A stretch of 63,990 nt of DNA, counting the filler, from Octopus bimaculoides (Eukaryota), in NCBI RefSeq assembly GCF_001194135.2. It is 9 parts of 9 records of this genome, joined end to end, with 100 filler letters (N's around TTAATTAATTAA, not from the genome) between each part and the next. Parts side by side here need not be neighbours in the genome. Positions count along the whole stretch, not along the records: positions 20,026 to 29,357 come from NC_068988.1; positions 29,458 to 45,614 come from NC_068993.1; 7 more parts are not named here. The stretch is one strand, 5' to 3'. The notes beneath the pieces were generated by a model. The model was not told the DNA's origin, did no database searches, and saw only the letters and a list, made by a program, of their open reading frames with translations. A program made the translations under genes and the position numbers. This document shows positions 22,992 through 34,800 of this stretch, piece after piece (position 1 is the stretch's first letter; the number at the start of each line of letters is the position of its first letter).

Positions 22992-24194
22992 CTAAAAGAG
23001 AAAAATAATAATAAACAAGAATGGTGAGTCAGTATGATGGTCTCTTTTAATTAACATAATGGTTTCATATTACAACAACAACAACAACGATGATGATGAT
23101 GATAATGAGAGTGAAGGCGTTTCAATGTGATCATTCTACCTGCTAGAAATAGCAACCAAAACTCCTTCATATGACATTCTGCTGACTAAAGGAAAGGACA
23201 TTAGATAATATAGTCCTATCTTCATATATTTTTTTACTAGTTTCAGTCACTGGAGTGCGACCATGCTGGAGTACCACTTTCAAAGGTTTTGCTAATCATA
23301 TTGAGTCAGTACTTACTTCAGCCTGGTTTTTTTTTATTTTATCAATCTCTTGAATTAAGTCACCTTTCTGACATAACACTGACCTGGCATTTTCAAACTC
23401 TCAAACACACACGCGCGCATGCATGCACAAACACACACACACACACACGGTGGTCTTCTGTATAGTTTCTGTCTACCAATTTCACACATAAAACTTTTGT
23501 TAACCTGAAGCAACAGTCAAAGATACTTTCTGAAAGTGCAATGCAGTGTAGAACTAATCCTAGAACCACACAATTGTGAAGCAGATTACAGCCATGGCTG
23601 CACCTACATTTTTCAAAAAAATTTTATATTTATATAGGTACGAGCATGGCTGTATGTTAAGAAGGTTGCTTCTCAACCACACGGTTCCAGGTTCAGTCTC
23701 ACTGCATGGCACCTTGTACAAGTGTCTTCTATCATAACCTTGGGCCAACCAAAGTCATGTGAGTAGATTTGATAGATGGAAGCTGAAAGAAGCCTATCGT
23801 ATATATGTGTGTGTGTGTGTCTGTCTGTCTGTCTGTCTGTCTGCCTGTCTGTCTGTCTGTCTGTCCCCTGCTACCGTTTGACAACAGGTCTTGGTGTGTT
23901 TACAGCCCCATAACTTAGTGGTTCAGCAAAAGAGACTGATACAATAAGTACTAAGCTTAAAATAAACTAAGTCCTGGAGACAATTTGTTTAACTTAAACT
24001 CTTCACAAGGTGGTGCCCCAGCATGGCCGCAGTCAAATGACTGACACAAGTAAAAGATAAAAAGACAGCATGCATTTTATGAACAACAGAATTAATACAG
24101 GACCCCAAACAGCTAATCACTGATTCACCAAATTTCCAAAGGCAATAGTGACAAGGACAACCCTATGCAATTTGGTCGTAACAAATAAGACAAG

Positions 24195-24440
24195 GTGCAA
24201 ATCATCATCTCTCCCTTTCATATGACCTGCATTGACATGCATAGCCATCGTGGAAGTGGTATCACAATTAGTGGTTGTAGCATCTGTTGGCTGATATATG
24301 CAGATGACATGGTGCTACTTGGCTCATTAGATGATTTCCTGCATGCACTGAATGGCTTTACTGCCAAGTGCTACAAGGCAGGGATGATGGTTAGTGTTGC
24401 GGAAACTGTGACACTGATCGTCTCAAGGAAACTAAAACTA
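24195..24440 (+). mobile_element. Decayed non-LTR RT fragment in an MFSD14 intron
   Basis: GITISGCSICWLIYADDMVLLG...LHALNGFTAKCYKAGMMVSVAET resembles the LINE RT YADD region. Confidence 0.75.
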
Positions 24441-24526
24441 AGAATGGAGAAAATTTTGTACCCAGATTTAATACTGAAATTAGGGGTGCAACTTATACAC
24501 AATACAAAACGAAATTGAATGTTTAC

Positions 24527-24624
24527 CTTGTTGGTCAGCATAGACATGAGCAGATACAAAAGAGCTGATGGCAGGGTAGGTGATGCTGGACATGGCGGCA
24601 ATAGCACCTGAACACCAAACAATC
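24527..24624 (-). CDS. MFSD14: MFSD14 exon (98 nt): (W)IVWCSGAIAAMSSITYPAISSFVSAHVYADQQ(G)
   Basis: tttcAG acceptor, GTAAAC donor, phase 2/1. Contains AAMSSITxPA and ADQQG, as recalled for MFSD14. Confidence 0.95.
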
Positions 24625-25228
24625 CTGAAACAAGATCAAAGAATAAAAATGAATGAACAGAGATGAGAAAATACCTTGCAACATCGTAGTATGTAAATTA
24701 AACAAAAATATTAAATAGTGGATATATAAAGAGTAAAATACATACAAGAGACATACCATATTTATTTATGTATAATACACACTTTTTTAATGAATTTTCT
24801 TGAATCTAAATATTCGTGGTCTACATTATACATAAGAACGAAATGCTATTCAATTTTTAATTTTTCGATAAAATAATATTCAACCTGATTAAACACTTTC
24901 TATACAACATAATCATCATCATCATCATCATCATTATTACTATTTAGCACCCGTTCTCCATGCTGGCATGGGTTAGATAGTCTGACTGGAGCTGGTAAAC
25001 AAGAGAGCTGCACCAGGTTCCAGTCGATTTTGGCTTGGTTTCTATGGCTGGATGCCCTTCCTAATGCCAACCACTCTACAGAGAATACGAAGTGCTTTTA
25101 ATACATCACCAGTACGAGCATCTTTAATGTGTCACGGTGATTTGCAGTAAAGGAGAAAGCGTAGTTGCTAGAATAAGAACTGATGAGGCAAATTTCAGGA
25201 GAGATTCATAAATGCATTATTTACTCAC

Positions 25229-25341
25229 CAAGTCTGAGATCCAAATCCATAACAGGCAAGTTGGACCATTTCAAAGACTAGACCAAACATAATAGCATGT
25301 TTATATCCAAGATATCTCATTAGCAGAGTGAGAACCAATGT
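25229..25341 (-). CDS. MFSD14: MFSD14 exon (113 nt): TLVLTLLMRYLGYKHAIMFGLVFEMVQLACYGFGSQT(W)
   Basis: tttccAG acceptor, GTGAGT donor, phase 0/2. Matches recalled TIVLSLLMRSIGNKNTILLGLGFQILQLAWYGFGSEPW. Confidence 0.95.
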
Positions 25342-25793
25342 CTGGAAAGGAAGAGAAAGAGAAAATATAAAATAAAAAGGAACATTTACAAACATTTACA
25401 ATACCTTTAATAAAACCTTGATTTTCCTTTTAACACTCTACTACAGGATGCTAATGCATTAAATGATAATAATGAACTTATAATATACAGTGCTCAGGTA
25501 CACTACAACTAGTCAGAAAAAGTAGCCAAAACTGCATGAACATCCTCATCATCATTTAACGTCCGCTTTCCATGCTGGCATGGGTTGGACGGTTTGACCA
25601 GGGCTGGCCAGCTGCACCAGACTCCAGTCTGGTTTGGCATGGTTGCTATGGCTGTAATGGGTGATAGAATAAGTACCCGGTGTAAAAGGGAAAATAAGTA
25701 GGTGGTGGTTGATTCATTCAACTAAAGTTTCTCAAGGCGGTGCCCCAGCATGGCCGCAGTCTAATAACTGACACAAGTATAAAAAAATGAAAG

Positions 25794-26010
25794 ATATGTC
25801 AACTAACAGTCATTATAGTGTCAACATACCTGTGTCCACTAACCACATTGGTTAACATATCCATGTGACCATATTATCAACAGGGCCGTGTCAACAAACA
25901 CAGAAGCCATGGTGTTAACATATCTGTGTCAACTAACATTGTGGTCAATGTTAATGTATGGCACAGCTAACATATCTGTCAACATATCTGTTTCAGCTAA
26001 GACCATAGTC
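25794..26010. repeat. Degenerate minisatellite (AACATATCTGTGTCAACTAAC-like) in an MFSD14 intron
   Basis: Recurrent AACATATC and GTGTCAAC motifs. Confidence 0.6.
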
Positions 26011-26256
26011 TTGATACAGTAAATATGTCAGATTCATTGAAATCATACCGAGAAGAAAGAAAATATTCAGCAATGGGCATAGCATTGATTTTCCTTCTTG
26101 TCCCACAGGGGATGTATGGTGAACTAAATTTATATATAACTATGGAGAGTCAGCTGTGTAATAAAATTCTTATCAAGTTAGACAGTCTGTCAGCAGTGGA
26201 AGACTTTCATTGCACCACAGCAGCAAAGTTTAAACTCCAATAAAAAATCGACTTAC

Positions 26257-26328
26257 TTGTGCGACTACAGATAAAACACCAACAACAGCGATGAAAGAGG
26301 CGACTTCTTCAGCAGAAAATCCCATGAC
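26257..26328 (-). CDS. MFSD14: MFSD14 exon (72 nt): VMGFSAEEVASFIAVVGVLSVVAQ
   Basis: tttccAG acceptor, GTAAGT donor, phase 0/0. Matches recalled IMKFSPESVAAFIAVLGILSIIAQ. Confidence 0.95.
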
Positions 26329-28278
26329 CTGGAAAGAAATGAATGAGAGAACAATAAGATAACTCATTGAGCAAGGAGGATGAGAAAATTTGTAGAGGGG
26401 CATGGGATCTAAAATTTCTTTTTTTTCTTAAGTTGGACATGGAATTGTGAAAAGCTTTTTTTCACAGCAAACACACTACACCTATATTCAGCCAAGCGAA
26501 ACCAATCCCTCCAGCCAAGCATACCATGTGAAGACTGTTTGCTACAGTATAAGCGCTGAACCTAACAAAATTATCTCCTCAAATCAAGGAAACCTGCCAC
26601 AGTCGCCAGGCATAAAGTTCTCATTAAAGAGATTCACTTTTTTCTCTTAATCAATAATGTACTTTCTTTCGGTACTCAGCACTTAAGAGTCACTGGTAGG
26701 TTCTTTTCTATCAAATAACTGTGTTAGGATATTAAAAATAAAATCCTTTTTTCCAACCACCAGTGGGGCATGCATTTTTCTGGAAAGCTATTCTGGGGGC
26801 CTGGGGAAAAATAGGTTGGGAAACACTGGTCTGGAGCAATGTGTGGCACTGCATCCTAGAGAATTATTTTTATCAAACTTGGAAGAACGAAAAACAAAGT
26901 GAACGTGGGTGGGATTGAAACACAGAACGCAAAGGGAGGTAATCAAAACTAGACGATTCTTGTTTGATGCTCTTTATAAATTCTGCATTTTTTAGCTCAG
27001 TGATAATGAAACATTCAGAGTAGAATGAACTTGGTAATGGAGGTTCCATGTAACCATGAAGTGAAGCAATAAATTCAAGCATCAATAGAATATTTGGTTG
27101 TCATTATTTAGTATATATTTTCCATGCTCACATGGATTGGATAGTTTGACAGAAACTGGCAAGTCCCAATGTTAGCTTTGACATGGTTTCTACAGCTGGA
27201 TGTCCTTCCTAACACCAACCACTTTACAGTAAGGATTAGGTGCTTTTCTTGAAGCACCAGCACCAGTGAGTTTCCCAAACATTTTGCAAGACAGGAAAAC
27301 AGCACAAGAAGAAAAAGAAGGAAAAAAGATAAGAAAAAGCCCCCCACCCCCACCCAACAAAGTGGAGGGAAGTATTTGAGAGAGAGGTGGCCTTATGCCA
27401 CAAGTCGAGAGCGTAAAACATGATATAGAGGGACAAGTTCAAGAGTCTTGTTACAGAGAACATACATAGAAACCCAACGTTTTACAAAGGTGGCTGGGTG
27501 TAGCTGTGAAGACGATACAATGGTAGTGAAGGGTGGTAGGCAGGACAAACCCTCAAAGTACAAGACTGTGAGCATAAAAGAGGATATGAAGAGTTATTAT
27601 TAGTCAACGTTTGCTTTTTATACTGATATGGGTTGGACTGCTAACATGGGCTGAACAGCATTGAAATATAATTAGCTAATAGTTAAAATTCTAATAGAAA
27701 TAATAAAAGTCAGACAAAGGTGATAGCTAAAATCCTTTTCAAGTAATCTATAAATATTCAATAAAAATTAGATCTTCTGTTGATATTTACATTGATCGAT
27801 AAATCAAAATATCTTTGTTATCAATGCGAAATGATCAGAGTGGTATGCAGGAAGAGGTAATTGGGGGTTTTGACTAGAATTAATGGTGGAAAGCAAAACG
27901 TTTTAAGAACTAATGCTTTTAATCAGAACAAATACAGTCCAATGCCAACAAGGGAAGCTTTAACGGGGCCAACTGACATGCCAAAAATAGCAGCTAAATG
28001 TTCTCAATCCACACTCTTAAGAGCAACAAAATTCAACACATTATTCGCAACACATACATACATACATGACACACACATACATATATAAATACTGCACGTA
28101 CACACACACACACATAATGTGTATTTATTTCAGTAAATTTTAAATCACTCTAGCATGCCAACCCAATGTAATAGGCAGAAGTCATGCACCATAAAAACAT
28201 TGAAACCATTATAATTTTAACAATGGTGACTGCCAGATTTACATCACAGACTGATTTGAACAAAATCTTAAATCTTAC

Positions 28279-28392
28279 CAATCTTAAATACACAAAGAAA
28301 CAGGAGTACTCTCCAGCTTCAGGTAGGTATGATAAAAAGACTGCTACACAGAGCATTAATATAAGCCGGTCTTTGCCAAGTTTCTTCAATGA
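28279..28392 (-). CDS. MFSD14: MFSD14/HIAT1-like MFS transporter, first visible exon (114 nt): SLKKLGKDRLILMLCVAVFLSYLPEAGEYSCFFVYLRL
   Basis: Minus-strand acceptor ctctctAG before 28392 and donor GTAAG after 28279; phase 0/0. The peptide matches the MFSD14A/B segment as I recall it (SLKKVGQD...VFLSYLPEAGQYSSFFLYLRQ). Confidence 0.96.
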
Positions 28393-29457
28393 CTAGAGAG
28401 AAAGAGAGAAAGAATTGAAAATATAAATTACCTTCACAAATATAAAAACATATATAATTCATATATTTATATACACATATATACGTGTGCACAAATATAC
28501 ACACACATACATGCTTAGACATACATACACACACTTACACATTTGTAAGTGCGTGTACATTTAAAAAAAAAAGAGTTATATAATATACATTTTCTTGGGC
28601 AAGAAGCCAATTTGTTTTATTAAGAGAAAGGAATATATAATTTATATGTCTAAGCATAAAATATTGATTGGCCACTTAATCAGAAATTCATAAAATATCG
28701 ATTGATCACTAAATCATATATTCATAGCAAAAATAAAAAAAAGAGAGATTGTGTGATATTTTTATGCTTCTCAAGGGCAGAAGTAATGCAAGTGGAATGG
28801 AGTCACTTCATCAGTGGAGTAAAACCAACTTGACACACAAGATTACCACAAGTTATATGATTCAATCATAATACATGATTGAACTGTAGAACACACATAT
28901 ATATATATATATTACCATATCTTTTTTTTTCAATCATAGTATCTTTCTGATTGCTTATTTTCTCAACCATTATGCAATGAAATATTGATCTCTGTGAAGC
29001 TATGAGGTCAAGAAGTTTGCTTCCCAACTACATGGTTTCTGTGTCCAGTCACACTGTGTGGCACCTTCAGCCAGTGTCTATTGCAATAGCCTCAGGCATT
29101 AGTAGATGGAAACTAAAAGAAGCATGTCATATATATATATATATATTAAAAATGGGGAAGGCCGGTTTATGGGATTACCTAAGGTTTCCCATCCATAAAG
29201 GGTTTAGTTTTATGGCATATCGCCAGATCCCGAAAACCTGTTGGCCCACGACCTCTTGGAGGGCAAAATGCCTAACTATTCAAAGGTAACAATTGGGGAT
29301 TATCTCCCTTCGTTATTGGCTATCGTGCCACCATTTTATATATATATATATATATATNNNNNNNNNNNNNNNNNNNNNNNNNNNNNNNNNNNNNNNNNNN
29401 NTTAATTAATTAANNNNNNNNNNNNNNNNNNNNNNNNNNNNNNNNNNNNNNNNNNNN

Positions 29458-29795
29458 GTGCATAAATTGTCAAGTAAATGAGACGCATCTTTGCCTCCAC
29501 TGATTCACTTGCAAAGTGTTGAGTAAAATTATTTCGTTGCAGACCTCCTTTGAGTCTTTTTATTATCACTGCGACGCACATAGTCCCCAGTTGGTAACAT
29601 TGATTTCAAGGCCTTCCCAGATGAGAGACTGGCATTCCACTTAATGTCTATGTTCCATGCTGGCATGGATTGGAGAGTTATTAATGTAGAAATATGGTAT
29701 CGTAGCTACTAACAGTTGAGGGTTGCGTAGTCTAGACAGCGTTTTTAGATTTCATTATTCTCTTTAACCCGGGCAAAGCTAGGTATTTCTGCTAG
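29458..29795 (+). mobile_element. Probable Helitron 3' portion ending in CTAG
   Basis: Imperfect hairpin ACCCGGGCAAAGCTAGGT (29767-29784) followed by ATTTCTG-CTAG|T. The Dong RT reading frame starts immediately afterwards. Confidence 0.5.
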
Positions 29796-31227
29796 TATCT
29801 CCTATTTGTTGTCTGCATACGGCTACTAACGAGCATTTTAAGAAAGATACGTGTGAGGTACATGCTAGGCAGGGTGGAAGTAAACAACCTGTGGCTTATG
29901 AATGACCTAAAGTTATTCGCTAAGACTGAGAAAGAAATTGGGCGTTTGACGGCAACTATGCCGATGGTTAGCAAAGATATTGGTTAGCAAAGAAATATGG
30001 TGTAATGATTCTCAAAAGGGGGTGGAAATCATTAAAGCCATGGGATCAAGCTGGAAAGTGGAGAAACTATAAAAGAAGTCGGGGAGAAAAGATATAATTG
30101 ACTGGGTATCATTGAAAGAGATAAGATGAATGATCACTAGATGAAAGAAAGTACAGGAAAGAGTATTTGAGGTGAACTCGATTTGTGTTCCAATCGAAGC
30201 TACATGGCCGCTATAAGATTAAAGCAATTAACACGTGGGTAGTTGCTTTAATGAGATATGGGGCAAGAATAGTATCTTGGAAGAAGCATGAATTACCAGA
30301 GATAGACCGGAGAACACGTAAATTAATGACAACGAACAAGGAACTGTACTGGGAGTGTGATGTGTCAAGATTGTAGGTAAAGAGGAAAGGAGGGCGAGGA
30401 TTGGTGTGTCGTAAAGGTTGTGTAAGCGAAGAGGAGAATCGCCTGGCTTGGTACGTCAAGGGGAGTAAAGAAGAACACGCTCTCAAAACAAACTCCTCCA
30501 AATTTCACATTGATAAAAGCACTGACTCGCCACAGTATAGGTTATGCTCTGAGAAGGGAGAAAATATAAGCCATATTGTTAGTGAGTGCTGTAAGTTGGC
30601 ACAACGCGAATACAAAAGGAAACACGGCAATGTGGCCAGATATGTCCACTAGCTGCTGTGCGGTAAAGCTAACCTAGAGTGGAACACAAGCCAGAGGGAG
30701 TAATGGAAAACGAACATTACAAAATACTCTGGGATTTTAACATGCAGTGCGACCAAGTCTCAGAGGCGAGACGACTAGATATCGTATTCATCCATAAAGA
30801 TAAAAAAGAAGTAAAGATAATAGACGTTGCAATACTAGGTGATTCGAGAGTGGAATGTAAGGAAACATAAAAGATTGAGAAATACGAGTCACTGTTAGAC
30901 GAGATAGGAAAGTTATGGGCCATGAGGAAAATAATAGTGATACCGGTGGTAACTGGAGCATTAGGAGCAGTTTCCAAGGGCAGTGAAAAACCTCTTAAGA
31001 ATATTGGAGCTCATGTCAGGCTCGAGGTGATCCAGAAGACAGCAGTATTGGATACAGGTCGCATTCTAAGGAGTGTATTTTCTCTTTGAGTCACAGGAGA
31101 AGGCACTACTTGAAACCTTTGATGATTTGCTAGTGCCTGCTTTCAAGTAAAGCATAACCGACAATTAAGAACGGTCCGAAAGTCTTTCATAATAATAATA
31201 ATAATAAGAATAATAATAATAATGATA

Positions 31228-31260
<33 letters not shown>
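29796..31260 (+). mobile_element. Dong/R4-type (restriction-like endonuclease) non-LTR retrotransposon, 3' part, decayed
   Basis: Broken frames: HLWLMNDLKLFAK; KLHGRYKIKAINTWVVALMRYGA; RLYVKRKGGGRGL-like; CRLCSEKGENISHIVSEC-like zinc knuckle; YKRKHGNVARYVH; KILWDFNMQCD...LDIVFIHKDKKEVKIIDVAILGD. Then a short 3' UTR and an (AAT)n tail. Confidence 0.92.
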
Positions 31261-31263
<3 letters not shown>

Positions 31264-31266
31264 ATT

Positions 31267-31823
31267 ATGCCCTGATGCAGTACCAGGCAGTGGCTCTCGT
31301 GGCTTTTGATCGTAACTGATTGGAAGTGTTATCATGTGCATTGTTTTGTCTTGGTATAAAAAGATGGGCTACAGCAAATATTCTGCTTAATACCACAGAT
31401 TTGCTTGTCAGTTGTTTGACCTTAACCAGTTGAGCATGTCCCTTGGTGGCTGACGATATGTGCATCTCTGATCACGAGCAGAAATAGTGGGGGAGCATCA
31501 TAGCCATGTGTTGATAGGAATTCTTTGGGGTTTGAATAATTCACCTTTGGAAACATGGGTATTTCGCACGACATCCTCAAACAGCCTTTATTCAAGGACC
31601 TTTTGAACGGGATGGGCTTCTCGACTTGAAGAAAATTCTAACTGGGCCCCACCTGCAAGGTCATGCACTGTTTATCTTGATATGAGACCACTATGTCGCG
31701 CACATATGGTTGTGATGCATGTGCCTGGTGTACCCCTATCAGACGAGTAGTCATAATGGATATACTGGGCTTTGTATATTTTACCCCAGTGTCACTTTGA
31801 TGGCATGCGCTGCTCTCTCACTC
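31267..31823 (+). mobile_element. About 557-bp non-coding interspersed repeat embedded in AAT/ATT microsatellite
   Basis: A highly similar second copy lies at 34013-34505 (cut by a gap) and a diverged fragment at about 63640-63850. No ORF; the copy ends in aataataat. Confidence 0.85.
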
Positions 31824-33963
31824 AAATAATAATAATAGTTTCAATTTTTTCCACAGGGGCAGCAATTATTGGGCAATGGATGAGTCGATTACATCGACAC
31901 CACTATTCAAATGGTACTTATTTTATTGATCCCAAAAGGATTAAAGTTAAAGTCGACCTCGGCGAAATTGCATCTCAGAACGTAGGGACGGTCGAAATAC
32001 CACTAAGCATCTTGCCCGGGGTTCCCTCTGGCCGTGTTACATAATAATCATAATAATAATAATAGTAATAGTAATGTGCCTATGTGTTCGTGACGTTAGA
32101 TGAAAGAGTACTCAAATACTGCCAGCAGGGTATAAATTAACATTTATAGAGTCAAGTCCAGTATTCTATGGTCGACACTTTGTTTTCCCTTGTTAACATG
32201 TTTCGTAACAGAAACCTAAGGAAATCCTGATTTCTCATCGTCAAAACCGATGGAGAACTATTCGTATTTTTTAATGGATTGCTTTATAACAATTATGAGA
32301 AAGAAAGAAAGAAAGAAAGAAAGGTTTGTGCAAATGCAGACTACAGGTGTGGAATGAAAATATAGATTCTAGTAATATTTAATGAAAGGCTATAAATGTT
32401 TATTTAAAATATTGAAAGTGTTTATAAGTGAAACAGTCATGTGAATAATTTATTGATTTATTTTTTACCCAGAGTATCAGAAAAAATCATTTTGGCAGCG
32501 CAATGACTATGTGAGAGACATTTATGCGATATTGAATGTGTGAAGTAAAAAAGACATGATGCATTGCAATATAAAAAATGCGATATTTATTTTTATAGTG
32601 ACATTTACTTTTATTTCATTATATTTTGCATTTAGTAGAGACTCGTCTACGGTTGGTTGTATACTTCTAACGGAACAGTCTCTAGTTCACTGCAGAAAAC
32701 TGATGGAAAGTGTTAGAGGAAATTCGAGCTGGACAAATACCACGCAAAAGTCATGTGGCTGGATTTGTTATATGTGATGCAGTGATTTGAAACGCTTGCA
32801 TAAACCGATATCATCCAAGCAGTTAGTTCCCACTTACTCTCTTGAGGTATATTTAAAATGTGAAAACAATATATTAGAAAGATTAAAGCACCGCAGATCT
32901 GCAATAACTTTTTCAACTGACATAATTCGATTGAATTTCACATGCAGGTATAGTAACTCTCCCTTAATAGTAAATCTTTTGAAAGTATTTGCAAAATGGG
33001 TATTTCGATTTTTGACATTCGATTTAAAGAAGGGAAATGTGACAGTCTGATTTGATCCGTTGGAAACGTTTGAAGCCAATGATAAAAGATTTTTTTTCCA
33101 AATGGCGCAGGCGTGGTTGTGTGGTAGAAAGCTTGCTTCCCAACCATATGGTTCCCGATTCAGTCCACTGAGTGGCACCTTGGGCATGTATCTTCTACTA
33201 TAGGCTTCTGCCAACCAAAGTCTTGTAAGTGGATTTGGTAAACAGAAACTGAGAAGAAAGACGTCGTATATATNNNNNNNNNNNNNNNNNNNNNNNNNNN
33301 NNNNNNNNNNNNNNNNNNNNNNNNNNNNNNNNNNNNNNNNNNNNNNNNNNNNNNNNNNNNNNNNNNNNNNNNNNNNNNNNNNNNNNNNNNNNNNNNNNNN
33401 NNNNNNNNNNNNNNNNNNNNNNNNNNNNNNNNNNNNNNNNNNNNNNNNNNNNNNNNNNNNNNNNNNNNNNNNNNNNNNNNNNNNNNNNNNNNNNNNNNNN
33501 NNNNNNNNNNNNNNNNNNNNNNNNNNNNNNNNNNNNNNNNNNNNNNNNNNTGCATATATATGCATATATATATGCATATATACATATATACATGTACATA
33601 CATACATATATATGCATATATTACATACATATAAGAGGGATGATCACTATTTGGACATCCCTTTTGCCAGAATGGGAGTTCATACTCACATTTGGTAGAA
33701 ATGTTAAATCTAATTTGGTTGCACAGTTTAGAGAGGTGATAAGTAGATATTTCCCAAAGAATTCACATTATGGTAAAATTATTAATACACATAGCATTAG
33801 GTTTGGTTTTTCAAACACTAAGAACTTAGCCCAAATAATTGCACCTCATAATTTTAAATACTTAAATCAAAGGGAATTTGGGAGGATAGTGATGAGAACC
33901 CTGACATAAATAATAATAATGATAATGATAATAATAATAATAATTTTAATAATGATAATAATG

Positions 33964-34012
<49 letters not shown>

Positions 34013-34014
<2 letters not shown>

Positions 34015-34505
34015 GCCCGGATGCAGTACCAGGCAGTGGCTCTCATGGCTTCTGATCTTAACTGATTAGAAGTGTTATCATGTACACTGTTTTGTCTTGG
34101 TATAAAAAGATGGGCTACAGCAAATATTCTGCTTAATACTACAGATTTGCTTGTCAGTTGTTTGACCTTAACCAGTTGAGCATGTCCCTTGGTGGCTGAC
34201 GATATGTGTATCTCTGATCATGAGCAGAAGTAGTGGGGGCGCATCATAGCCATGTGTTCAGAGGAATTCTTTGGGGTGTGACTAATTCACCTTTGGAAAC
34301 ATGAGTATTTTGCTCAACATCCTTAAACAAACCTTATTCAGGGACCTTTTGACCGGGATGGACTACTCGACTTGAAGAAAATTCTAACTGGGCCCCACCT
34401 GCGAGGTCACGTGCTGTCTATCTTGATATGAGATCACCATGTCGCGTACATATGGTTGTGATGCATGTGCCTGGTGTACCCTTATCAGACGGGTAGTCAT
34501 GATTG
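34013..34505 (+). mobile_element. Second copy of the about 557-bp AAT-associated repeat
   Basis: Begins ATGCCCGGATGCAGTACCAGGCAGTGGCTCTC directly after a long (AAT)n run and is colinear with 31267-31823. Confidence 0.85.
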
Positions 34506-34515
34506 NNNNNNNNNN

Positions 34516-34800
34516 CGTAGGTTGTTCTTCGGGACAAATTTGTAAACGAATATCGAATCATTATAATACGTTTAGAGATAGAAGTAAAATGGTGAATACT
34601 AGTTTTAGTAAATTTATTTGGTAACTGAAGGAACAAAAAAAGCAATGTTCGTTAGAATGGTCAATTATTGGACAAATCTTTCCCTTATGACAAAGGTAAG
34701 AGATATTGCTCGTTGTGTAATCTAGAATTATTTTTTATATTGTTTTCTAAGGGTAAGTTAATAAATAAACTCACATACAATGCTTTCAGATGTAGTCATT
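34516..34800 (+). mobile_element. Penelope-like element GIY-YIG endonuclease C-terminal remnant
   Basis: With frameshifts: YRNHYNTFRDRSKMVNTSFSKFIW*LKEQKK...EWSII...PYDKGKRYCSLCNLELFFI...KLINK, resembling the PLE pattern RYxNHxxSF...LSKYIWxLK...WSII...CxLCxxEK as I recall it. Confidence 0.7.

Noticed and set aside
25490-25555. C/D-box snoRNA-like ATGATGA...CTGA...CTGA on the host strand in an MFSD14 intron
   Set aside because: The C box comes from the (ATG)n tail of an adjacent retroposon, and there is no terminal stem or C' box.
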